Of a stretch of DNA of 22,663 nucleotides, positions 1 to 8,541 are shown in pieces. The translations under genes and the position numbers were made by a program. Each line of letters begins with the position of its first letter. Within the stretch, counting starts at the first letter, position 1. This stretch comes from Candidatus Woesearchaeota archaeon. GTDB taxonomy: Archaea > Nanobdellota > Nanobdellia > Woesearchaeales > SKGA01. Location: contig JAFGOT010000038.1 in the NCBI GenBank assembly GCA_016926395.1, positions 1-22,663 of the forward strand. The letters are read 5' to 3'. Under the pieces are notes generated by a model. The model did not search any database, was not told the origin of the DNA, and saw only the letters and a program-made list of their open reading frames with translations.

Positions 1-86
1 GCGCAGTACAATGCAAAACGTAGGCGCGCTTGACTTCCGAGTTCGAAATGGGTTCGGGTAGGACCACGCCGCTTTGACCGTCCAAG
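1..86 (-). rRNA. rrf: 5S rRNA, 5' ~85 nt (3' part outside window)
   Basis: Reverse complement reads TTGGACGGTCAAAGCGGCGTGGTCCTACCCGAACCCATTTCGAACTCGGAAGTCAAGCG..., containing the conserved 5S loop C motif CCCAT-CGAAC-CGGAAG. The exact 5' end is uncertain by a few nt. Confidence 0.92.
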
Positions 87-105
87 ATTAGTGAATCCAC
101 TTCTC

Positions 106-113
106 TTTATAAA
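106..113 (-). promoter_or_regulatory. TATA box of the 5S rRNA gene
   Basis: TTTATAAA (self-complementary) 20-27 nt upstream of the inferred 5S 5' end, with purine-rich BRE-like sequence upstream on the minus strand. Confidence 0.6.
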
Positions 114-235
114 GCTTAGCTCTTTTTCTCTCTGTTGTTCGAAAAATGTTCGTGTTTTTCAAACCTGTAAATTTGCCTTTTTTAAGAGGTAAATTTCCGG
201 TTAAATTTATAAAGCAGGCTCAGTTCTTTTTATTT

Positions 236-1537
236 ATGTCTGAGAAGAAAACCGCAACTAAAAAGGCCTCTACTAAGAAAACAGCGAAAAAAGTTAGTTC
301 TGATATTGTATCTTTACAACCTGAAGTGAATATTGGTCTTGTTGGTCATGTTGATCACGGTAAAACAACTCTTACTCAGCAGTTATCTGGAAAATGGACT
401 GATACTCATTCTGAAGAACTAAAACGAGGTATTACTATTCGTTTAGGTTACGCTGATACTATTATTAGAAAAGATCCTTCTCTTCCTGAACCTGATTGTT
501 ATACTACTAAAGAAAAACATCCTGTGACTGGTAATGATACTGAAGCTATTCGAAAAGTATCTTTTGTCGATGCTCCAGGTCATGAGAGTCTTATGGCTAC
601 TATGCTTTCAGGAGCTACTATCATGGATGGTGCTTTTTTGCTTGTTGCAGCAAATGAAACCTGTCCTCAACCTCAAACTCAAGAACATTTAATGGCTCTT
701 GAATTATCTGGTATTAGAAAAGTTATTATCGTTCAAAACAAGATAGATATTGTTTCTGAAGACAGAGCTCTTAGAAATTATGAAGAAATTAAAAAATTCT
801 TAAAAGGCACTTCTTTCGAAGATTCTCCTGTTGTTCCTATTAGTGCACAACATGGTATTAATATTGATTTACTTCTTGATACTGTTCAAAAAGTTATTAC
901 AACGCCTGAAAGAAACAATTCTGATGATCCAACTTTTTTTATTGCACGTTCATTTGATGTTAATAAACCCGGTACTAAAGCGGGAAAATTGGTTGGTGGT
1001 ATTCTTGGTGGTAGTGTTCAATCCGGTCAGTTTACTGTTGGTGATGAAATTGAACTTCGACCTGGACGTCTTGTTGAAGAAGCTAATAAGTTAGTTTCTA
1101 AACCTATTCGAACTACCATTCGTGGTTTGATGACTGGTGGCTCTTCTGTTGACTCTTTAACTCCTGGAGGTAGTGCTAGTATTCTAACTGGTCTTGACCC
1201 TTCAATTGTAAAGGGGGATCATTTAACTGGTAATATTGTTGGTTATCCTGATAAACTCCCGCCTGTTTGGTATGAGTTTAAACTTAAAACCACTATTCTT
1301 GAACGTGTTGTTAATGTTGGTGAAGATTTCAAAATCGACCCTCTTAGAAAACAAGAGATGCTTATGCTTAATGTTAATAGTGCTAAGACTGTTGGTATAG
1401 TTACTGATCTAAAAAAAGGTATTGCAACTTGTAATCTTCGTCTTCCAGTTTGTGCTGCTGTTGGTGATAAAGTTACTATTTCTAGACGAGTTGGAAACCG
1501 ATTCCGATTGATTGGTTATGGTTTGATTACTGAGTAA
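236..1537 (+). CDS. eif2g: Translation initiation factor 2 gamma subunit (aIF2-gamma)
   Basis: G1 GHVDHGKT, EELKRGITIRLGY, G3 DAPGHE, NKID, QTQEH and C-terminal RFRLIGYG. The start is moved to ATG 236 because TTTATAAA at 206-213 fits a leaderless transcript and the ORF-track N-terminal extension has no family resemblance. Confidence 0.96.
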   Translation: MSEKKTATKKASTKKTAKKVSSDIVSLQPEVNIGLVGHVDHGKTTLTQQLSGKWTDTHSEELKRGITIRLGYADTIIRKDPSLPEPDCYTTKEKHPVTGNDTEAIRKVSFVDAPGHESLMATMLSGATIMDGAFLLVAANETCPQPQTQEHLMALELSGIRKVIIVQNKIDIVSEDRALRNYEEIKKFLKGTSFEDSPVVPISAQHGINIDLLLDTVQKVITTPERNNSDDPTFFIARSFDVNKPGTKAGKLVGGILGGSVQSGQFTVGDEIELRPGRLVEEANKLVSKPIRTTIRGLMTGGSSVDSLTPGGSASILTGLDPSIVKGDHLTGNIVGYPDKLPPVWYEFKLKTTILERVVNVGEDFKIDPLRKQEMLMLNVNSAKTVGIVTDLKKGIATCNLRLPVCAAVGDKVTISRRVGNRFRLIGYGLITE

Positions 1538-1552
1538 GTTGGTAATCGATTC
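1490..1552 (+). repeat. Decayed 48-bp-period tandem duplication of the eif2g 3' end
   Basis: 1490-1504 GTTGGAAACCGATTC vs 1538-1552 GTTGGTAATCGATTC: 13/15 identical, same frame, both encode VGNRF. Confidence 0.55.
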
Positions 1553-1712
1553 AAATAGTTGATATTTTGTAAGTGTTTCATTTATTACAGATATTCTATT
1601 TGTGCCAAGAATTTAGAATAACTTGTTGAGTGTTGTTATTGAGTGATTTTTCTTATTTCTTTATTTTATAGGGCAAGGTTTAAATATTGATTAAGGCAAA
1701 TTACTTACTATT

Positions 1713-2297
1713 ATGGTGAGAAAAGGTCAAGCTTCAGTAGAATTCTTAACCACTTATGGTTGGATGTTTTTAGTTGTTATTGTTGTTGCAATTGGGTTTG
1801 CTTATTTTGGTGTATTTGATGCTAATACCTACCTTTCTTCATCTTGTTCTTTTGATTCTTCTATTACTTGTCCTGTTTTTAATGTTCAATATGATTCCAT
1901 TAATGATCTTTACGTTGTTCAAATGGAAGTTGAGAATTTGTTAAATCAAAACATTAATGCTGTTGATTTGCTTTTTGGTTCTTATGTTAGTGATATTACT
2001 TGTCAAGCTTCTAGGGTAAAATTATCTACTGATGCTAATTATGTTTGTAATTATGGTGGTGGAAATACTTATGCCACTCCTGCTTGTCAATTGGCAGTTG
2101 CAACTTATGGATCTACACAAATAGATTTTATGTTTGAAAATGGTGTTAATGGATGTAATTTTACTGATGCGGGTATCGCAATGCCTCAGTTAAATGAGAA
2201 ATATTCTTTTAAAGTTGGTTTGACATATCTTCCTCAACAATCAAGTAAACCTTCTTTAACCTTTGGTCAAATGATTGCTTTGGTGAATCCAATTTAA
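1713..2297 (+). CDS. Archaeal type IV pilin-like protein (class III signal peptide)
   Basis: MVRKG|QASVE followed by a hydrophobic helix (Q at +1, E at +5), then a Cys-containing beta-rich domain. Confidence 0.8.
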
Positions 2298-3319
2298 AAA
2301 AATTGATATTTTATTTTTCCTTTAGGACCTAGTTCTAAGATTGTGAATCGTCCTTTACTTCCTTCGCCGCTGTTTATTCTAACATCACTTAGCCATTGAT
2401 TAGGATTTATTTCGGATTCTTTTTTGTTTATTGCTTTAGGTCCTGCTTCATGTATGTGGCCGCAGATTATTTTATTAATTTTGAATTTATTCATTAGGGT
2501 GGTTATATCTTTTGAACCAACATTTTTATTCATCACTTTTACAGGATATTTGTATTTTTTTAGAACTTTCACTTCATCCATTGTAAGAACTGAACCTTTT
2601 TCAAAAAGTTCATCCGTAGTGATTGTTTTGAATTCTTTTTTACGTAAGTCTTCTTTTTTTATAGAAAATGTTTTTGTTATAATCCCAAATTCTGCTAAGT
2701 CTATTCCATTCTTTGTTTTGCACAGTGGTGGATTGTGGCTTAATATTATTTTTTTTGAACCTGGTAGTGGGCTTAGATTTTTTTCTACTGTTTTGTAAAT
2801 GTCATCCATAAATACAAGAGTTCCTTTTCTTGCTATTCCTTTTTCTTTTAATTTTTTATTTGCTTCTTTTTGAACTTTGGTTTTGTCTCTTCCTCTTTCT
2901 ATTTGCCAATAGGATCCGCCTCTATAATTAGGAATTCCTGAGACAACAGACGAACTTCCACTGATTACGATAATTTCATACATGCCAATTTTTAGATAAT
3001 TGTGTTTATAGCCGTCGATTAGTTTTTTATTTTTTATTTTTTTTATTATTTCATCATATACTTCGTAGTTTTCATGACTTCCAGGTATTAGCAAAGTGTA
3101 TATATCAAGTTTCATAAATGCATTGACCACTTTTAATGTTCCAGGCATAGTGTAATCTGTGAAATCTCCACCTAGAACTATTAATGAGATATCGCCTTGT
3201 TTTTTTATTGTAGAAATTATTTCTTTAACATTATTAAATCCGTGTAAATCGCTGATAAATGCTATTTTTGGAAGTTTATCTTCGCAAGGTATTTTTCCTT
3301 CGCAAGGTACTTTTTTCAT
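2294..3319 (-). CDS. Calcineurin-like metallophosphoesterase
   Basis: Motifs SDLHG, GGDFT, PGSHE (GNH-equivalent), SHNPP and CGHIHE occur in canonical order. 4-bp tail-to-tail overlap with the pilin gene. Confidence 0.85.
3280..3315 (-). repeat. 18-bp tandem duplication at the N-terminus of the phosphoesterase
   Basis: CTTCGCAAGGTATTTTTC / CTTCGCAAGGTACTTTTT (16/18 identical), encoding K-V-P-C-E-G then K-I-P-C-E-D. Confidence 0.8.
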
Positions 3320-3356
3320 AATTCTTTACTTCGCACGTAGTATTTATAAATGTATT

Positions 3357-3376
3357 AGTTCAATAATTATTGAACT
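3357..3376. promoter_or_regulatory. Perfect 20-bp palindrome, candidate operator
   Basis: AGTTCAATAATTATTGAACT, just upstream of the TTTATAAA box (3343-3350) of the minus-strand phosphoesterase gene. Confidence 0.55.
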
Positions 3377-3434
3377 TATGTTGCTTGTATATTAAGAAGT
3401 ATTACTTTATAGTTTATGACCTTTGGTTTTATGT

Positions 3435-3455
3435 AACAATTTGATTCAAATTGTT
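3435..3455. promoter_or_regulatory. Perfect 10-1-10 inverted repeat, candidate operator or 5' UTR hairpin
   Basis: AACAATTTGA-T-TCAAATTGTT, just upstream of the AGGTGA SD (3464-3469) of the beta-propeller gene. Confidence 0.55.
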
Positions 3456-3475
3456 GCTTATGTAGGTGAAATAAA

Positions 3476-5566
3476 ATGAAACAAATTTATGTTATATTTT
3501 CAATCCTTTTGTTAGTAGTTACACTATCTGCCTGTTCTGTGCAGCCTGATCCTTATTCTCCAAGTGGGACTTATATTGAATCTAATATTGATTTAGGCAA
3601 TCCTAGCGATATTAAACCATTTACGAGTGAAGATGATTATCAAGAATTTTTTTCTTCATTATCTTCTTCTAATAGCTATTATTATGGTGGTCTAGCTCGT
3701 GGTGGAGATTTGATGGTGGAATCGGTCGCTATGGATGGTATGGCGCCGATGGTTAAAACTACTGCAACTAATTCAAATGTAGGTGTTTCTGATGATTTTT
3801 CTGGTACTAATAATCAAGTTCAAGGAGTTGATGAAGCTGATCTTTTAAAAACTGACGGGGAGTTTATTTACACAATTACCGATAATACTATTTTTGTAAT
3901 TAAAGCAACTCCTGGAGAAGATTCTAAAGTTCTTTCTCAAGTAACTCTAAAAGATGTTTATCCAAGTGAAATGTTGCTTAAAGGTGATAAGCTTGTTGTT
4001 ATAGGTCGAGTTGATGTTTACAAGTTTAGAGATGAGCTTGATGTGGTTCCTGAAAATGGAATGTCTTTTGCTTATGTTTATGATGTTAGTGATAAAGAAA
4101 GTCCTAAGCTGGTTAAAGAACTTCTTTTTGAAGGTTGGTATGATACTGCTCGTCTTTATGACGAAGCATATGTTGTAACTAGAGTGAGACCTGAAATAAG
4201 GGATGTTTATCCTTTGCCTATGGTTGTAACAGATGGTGTTGTATCTACTTTAAGACCAGCAGATATGTTTTATATTCCTTATCAATACAATTCTCCAGAA
4301 TTGGCTATTGTTCACAAAATTGATTTGGATACTTACAATGTTGATTCGACTGCTGTAACTGTTGATAATCTGCAAACTGTTTACATGTCTTATGATAATA
4401 TTTATGTTGTCGGTCATGAATCTATTTCAGAATATAGACTTGAACAAATAATTCTTCAAGAATTAATTGAACCTAAGTTATCTGTTAAAGATTTAGATTT
4501 AATAAAAAAAATAAAAGAAACTGATAATGCAGTTTTATCTCAATACGAAAAAGAACAGAAAATTCAGTCTATCTACATGAAACGACTTTACTCTATGAGT
4601 TCTGATGAACAGGATGATTTACAAGATGAGGCTGAAAATCTAATGGTCGAAAAAGTTAAAGACATGCAATATCTTGATTATGTTTTGATTCATAAGATTG
4701 ATATTGATCGTTTAAAAGTTCAAGCTAGTAACAAAGTTCCTGGTCAAGTGGTTAATCAATTTTCTTTAGATGAATATGATGGTTATTTACGTATTGCAAC
4801 AACCATCCCTCAAAGATGGAGTAACTTGATTGAATCACAAAAAGATGAATCTAACAACATCTATGTTTTGAATAAAGATTTAGAAACTGTTGGAAGTTTA
4901 ACTGGTTTAGCTGAGAATGAAAGAATTTATTCCACTCGATTTGTTGGCGATCGTCTTTACATGGTAACTTTTAGACAAGTTGATCCTTTCTTTGTAATTG
5001 ATTTAAGTAATCCTAAAAAGCCTACTTCTTTAGGTGAACTTAAAATTCCGGGATTTAGCAGATACTTACATCCTTATGATGCAACTCACATAATTGGCAT
5101 TGGTCAAGATGCAACTGAAACCGGTCGAACAAGTGGTCTTAAAATTTCTTTGTTTGACGTAGAAGATGTTGCTAATCCAAAAGAAGTAGCTAAGTATGTG
5201 ACTGAAGCAAAGTATGCTTCTTCAACAGCTCTTTATGAACATAAAGCTTTCTTGTTTTCTAAGGAGAAGAACTTGCTTGTGATTCCTGCTTATAGTTATG
5301 AGTGGAAAGATAATCAGCAGTCTGGTTATGCTGGTGCTTTCGTGTTTAACATTGACGAGTCTAATATTGAACTTCGTGGTTTAATTGATCATACCAAAGG
5401 AAGTAATAATATTTGGAACTCCCAAGTTGAGAGATCTTTGTACATTGGTGACTTGCTTTACACTAAGTCAAGAAATCTTCTTAGAATTAATGCTCTTGAA
5501 GATTTAAGCAGTGTTAAAGATGTATCTTTAGAAGTTAAACAAACAGGCGACATACCTATCTATTAG
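3476..5566 (+). CDS. Secreted/lipid-anchored beta-propeller domain protein (Beta_propel, PF09826-like)
   Basis: Signal peptide ending LSAC; family motifs S-G-T-N-N-Q-V-Q-GVDEADLLKTDG, NQFSLDEYDGYLRIATT, ERIYSTRFVGDRLYMVTFRQVDPFFVIDLS, GELKIPGFSRYLHP. Confidence 0.88.
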   Translation: MKQIYVIFSILLLVVTLSACSVQPDPYSPSGTYIESNIDLGNPSDIKPFTSEDDYQEFFSSLSSSNSYYYGGLARGGDLMVESVAMDGMAPMVKTTATNSNVGVSDDFSGTNNQVQGVDEADLLKTDGEFIYTITDNTIFVIKATPGEDSKVLSQVTLKDVYPSEMLLKGDKLVVIGRVDVYKFRDELDVVPENGMSFAYVYDVSDKESPKLVKELLFEGWYDTARLYDEAYVVTRVRPEIRDVYPLPMVVTDGVVSTLRPADMFYIPYQYNSPELAIVHKIDLDTYNVDSTAVTVDNLQTVYMSYDNIYVVGHESISEYRLEQIILQELIEPKLSVKDLDLIKKIKETDNAVLSQYEKEQKIQSIYMKRLYSMSSDEQDDLQDEAENLMVEKVKDMQYLDYVLIHKIDIDRLKVQASNKVPGQVVNQFSLDEYDGYLRIATTIPQRWSNLIESQKDESNNIYVLNKDLETVGSLTGLAENERIYSTRFVGDRLYMVTFRQVDPFFVIDLSNPKKPTSLGELKIPGFSRYLHPYDATHIIGIGQDATETGRTSGLKISLFDVEDVANPKEVAKYVTEAKYASSTALYEHKAFLFSKEKNLLVIPAYSYEWKDNQQSGYAGAFVFNIDESNIELRGLIDHTKGSNNIWNSQVERSLYIGDLLYTKSRNLLRINALEDLSSVKDVSLEVKQTGDIPIY

Positions 5567-5570
5567 GCTG

Positions 5571-5592
5571 TTTATTTTTTTTCTTTTTCTTT
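5571..5592 (+). terminator. Oligo-T tract, archaeal-type terminator
   Basis: TTTATTTTTTTTCTTTTTCTTT immediately after the beta-propeller stop, in a short gap between convergent genes. Confidence 0.5.
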
Positions 5593-6826
5593 TTAATTTT
5601 CTTCAGGTGTTTTCTTTAATGGCATTCTTTTACCAAAAAGCATTTTCGAAAATATTATTACTGGTAAAAATATGAAAAAACCGTATAATAAGAATATTTT
5701 TACTCCAAGGATTCCAAGTAAAAAACCTCCTAATGCAAAACTTATTGTTATGGTTATTCTTGAAATAGAGCTATAGCTTCCAACAACTTTTCCTTCAATG
5801 TTGTTCGCCTCTGCAATGTCTGACATATATGACCACATTGAGATATTAAATAATGATCCGCCTACTGCTTTAACAAACAGCGCAACTAATATTATTTCAT
5901 ATGTTGGTGCTAAAAACAGTCCAAATAGGCCTATTGACGAGATTGTTAGTCCTATTGCTATTGTTCTTCTCTTGCCAATTTTATCTGCTACTTGTCCTGC
6001 GAATAATTGAAGAATGTGTGCTGCACCCATCATAAAGACAGCTACACTTAATTGTGCATTTGTTAGTCCCATTTTTTCTATTATAACAAAAGGAATAACT
6101 AAAATCATAAGGGGTGTTGTGATGTTTGCTAAAGCCCCAATAAATGCTAATTTTCTAAGCTTTGGATATGATAACATTTCTTTTACATCGGTAAATGGAT
6201 TAAGATCTTTTTTTCTTAATTTGTCTTTTTTTTCTGTGCGGTCTATTATCGTCATAAAATATTGTGTCAAATAGAAGTAATCCAAGCATTATTACAACAA
6301 TAACTACTAATGCTATGCTAAATACAGCTGTGTATCCATAATAATCTGCAATAAAACCTCCAATTAGTGGTGCTGTTATTGCTGAAACTGAAAGTATTGA
6401 TTGAAAAATGCCATTTATTCTTGATCTTTTAGAGCTGTCTTCTATAGTATCATTAACTCTTGATATTGCTGTGACTGTAACTGCATTGAATGCTATTGCT
6501 GAAATTATTCTAATTGCAAACAGGTATGGTGTTGATTTAATTGTTATGTATCCTATCAAAGCTATTGTTTCCAAAAATAAACCGAGTATTATTACTTTAT
6601 ATCTTCCAATTTTATCTGATATTGTTCCCATTATTGGGGCTGCAAAAATTCCAATGAATGCGAATAATGAGAAAAAATATCCTTTTAGTGCTTCAGACCA
6701 ACCTAGTGTTGAAAAGTATGGTGATAAAAAAGAAAGATACATATAAATTACAAAGTAAAGCAAAGCATCAAGGGCTGTTGTTTTCACAAATTTGTTAAAT
6801 AAAAAGTGGTCTTTGTAATAGCTCAT
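5593..6826 (-). pseudogene. MFS transporter split by a 1-nt frameshift (or a homopolymer sequencing error)
   Basis: N-half ORF 6200-6826 has motif A (GTISDKIGRYKV); C-half ORF 5593-6285 has GQVADKIGKRR. Removing one base from the T8 run at 6226-6233 joins them (…PHRKKDKLRKKDLNPF…) into one 410-aa, 12-TM-sized protein. Confidence 0.85.
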
Positions 6827-6918
6827 ATTTATTTAATTCAATATTTTTATTTATAAACTCATCGCTATTTAATAAAATTCACAAGCCTTATAAATCGAGT
6901 TTTGGTTTGGTTCTACTA

Positions 6919-7458
6919 ATGAATCAAAAACAAATAGGAATTGCACTAATGATATTTGGTATTCTTGTAATGCTTATGGTTTTTATGTTTAAATCTCAAA
7001 TGGATTTATCTGCTCATCAAACAATGGCTTTATCTGGTACTTGTTTTACTCCCGAAGGGGTTTGTATTCATGAAAGAAATATTGTTTACTTGTCTATTGG
7101 ATGGTCATTATCTGCTATAATTTTTATTCTTGGTTTATACCTGTTCTTTTTTGATAAAACACAAGAAAAATTAGCTGCGCAACAGCTTACAATATCTAAA
7201 GCTTTAGAGGCGGCTAGTTTACATGAGTCAAAGAAATCTAAATTTGAATCTTTCTTGGCTGGTTTTAATAGTGAAGAAAAATTAGTTTTGCAAGCTATTC
7301 ATGACCAAGATGGAATTAAACAATCCACTCTTAGATTTAAGACTGGTATCTCAAAAACTTCCCTTTCCTTGATTTTAAACTCTCTTGAGAAACGAGAAAT
7401 TGTTTCTAGAAAAGAGGCTGGGAAAACAAAGGAAGTATATCTTAGAAAAAAGTTTTAA
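6919..7458 (+). CDS. Membrane-anchored winged-helix (MarR-like) transcriptional regulator
   Basis: Two hydrophobic helices flank a His/Met/Cys loop; C-terminal wHTH GIKQSTLRFKTGISKTSLSLILNSLEKREIVSRKEAGKTKEVYL. ATG 6919 lies ~25 nt downstream of CTTATAAA (6887-6894). Confidence 0.75.
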   Translation: MNQKQIGIALMIFGILVMLMVFMFKSQMDLSAHQTMALSGTCFTPEGVCIHERNIVYLSIGWSLSAIIFILGLYLFFFDKTQEKLAAQQLTISKALEAASLHESKKSKFESFLAGFNSEEKLVLQAIHDQDGIKQSTLRFKTGISKTSLSLILNSLEKREIVSRKEAGKTKEVYLRKKF

Positions 7459-7578
7459 AAATAGCTCGTAAACGTTCTGGAACAATAATTTTGCATTTAC
7501 AGGCTTTATTGTTTATTTTTTTTAATCGAATGGTTATAATATATCTTAATCTAAACAAACTTATCGAAAGGTGATTAA

Positions 7579-7899
7579 ATGAAAACACAATATATTTTTG
7601 GAATTTTTGGAATCGCAATTGTTTTAGCCTTTGCAATAATTGGATTTATGGGCGTACCTGCAAATGCAGATGAGTTAACTGGTGATGTTGTTGCTAGTGC
7701 TTCTTCTGTTGATACTTGTCCTTTAGCTAATAGTGGAACTTGTCCTATGGCCGATGGTAATTTTGATGATTGCCCTGCTTTACATGGTGGAAATTGTCCT
7801 TTAGCTAATTCAGGAGTTTGTCCTATGGCTGATGGGGATGACTTTGGAGAAGGCTGTCCAATGAGAAATAATAAGGTAGTTGGCTCTTGTCACGGTTAG
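7579..7899 (+). CDS. Small secreted/membrane-anchored Cys-Pro repeat protein
   Basis: GGTGA SD; hydrophobic N-terminus; 7 Cys, six as CP; CPLANSG(T/V)CPMADG repeated at 7717-7758 and 7795-7836. Confidence 0.75.
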   Translation: MKTQYIFGIFGIAIVLAFAIIGFMGVPANADELTGDVVASASSVDTCPLANSGTCPMADGNFDDCPALHGGNCPLANSGVCPMADGDDFGEGCPMRNNKVVGSCHG

Positions 7900-7911
7900 T
7901 TTTTTTTCTTT

Positions 7912-8508
7912 TTAATTTTCATTTATTGTTTTGATTGCTTTTGCACACGTCATACATTCAAAATTTTTAACATCTTCAAATGATTTTATTTCTTTCTGGC
8001 TTAATGTTTCGAGCATATTATTTAGAATTCCATGTGTTGCTTGAACATCACTCATTGCTCGGTGTGCGTTTTCATTAATTAATCCGTAATATTCACAAAT
8101 CATCCCTAATCTTTTGGATGGAAGATCGCTGTGTATTCTTCTTGCTAGTTTCATCGTACAGAGGGTGTCGTTTGTTAATAGAAAATTTTCATGTCTCCAA
8201 AAATTTTCTTGTAAGAAATTATAATCAAAAGAAATGTTGTGTCCTACTATTAAGCTATTTCCAATAAATTGTTTTAATGAAGGTAAAACTTCTTTGATTT
8301 TTGGCTGATCTCTAACCATATCGTTCGTTATTCCTGTTAGTTTTGTTATAAATCTTGGAATTGGCGTTTCAGGATTTACTAGTGTTTGAAACTCATCCAC
8401 AATTTCGTTATTAAGAATTTTTACTGCTGCAATTTCAGTTATTTTGTGTCTGTGTGGGCTTAAACCCGTTGTTTCCAAGTCAATGATGATTATTGGTCTT
8501 TCACGCAT
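7912..8508 (-). CDS. DEDDh 3'-5' exonuclease (DnaQ/Pol III epsilon-like)
   Basis: ExoI DLETTG, ExoII GHNISFDYNFL, ExoIII AHRAMSDVQAT. Confidence 0.9.
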   Translation of the reverse strand: MRERPIIIIDLETTGLSPHRHKITEIAAVKILNNEIVDEFQTLVNPETPIPRFITKLTGITNDMVRDQPKIKEVLPSLKQFIGNSLIVGHNISFDYNFLQENFWRHENFLLTNDTLCTMKLARRIHSDLPSKRLGMICEYYGLINENAHRAMSDVQATHGILNNMLETLSQKEIKSFEDVKNFECMTCAKAIKTINEN

Positions 8509-8541
8509 GAACTTTTAGCAAGTTTCTTGGTTTTAAAAAAC

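Noticed and set aside
146-235. N-terminal extension of eif2g in the ORF track
   Set aside because: Phe-rich translation of promoter DNA; the TATA box at 206-213 supports ATG 236.
831-3395. Alternative-frame ORFs 831-1094, 2424-2798 and 3159-3395
   Set aside because: They overlap or lie antisense to well-supported genes, have no motifs, and their composition mirrors the real gene's codon bias.
5798-6746. Plus-strand ORFs 5798-6010, 6014-6274 and 6408-6746
   Set aside because: Antisense shadows of the MFS gene.
7442-7636. Minus-strand 64-aa ORF
   Set aside because: Overlaps two supported + strand genes and their promoter; no motif.
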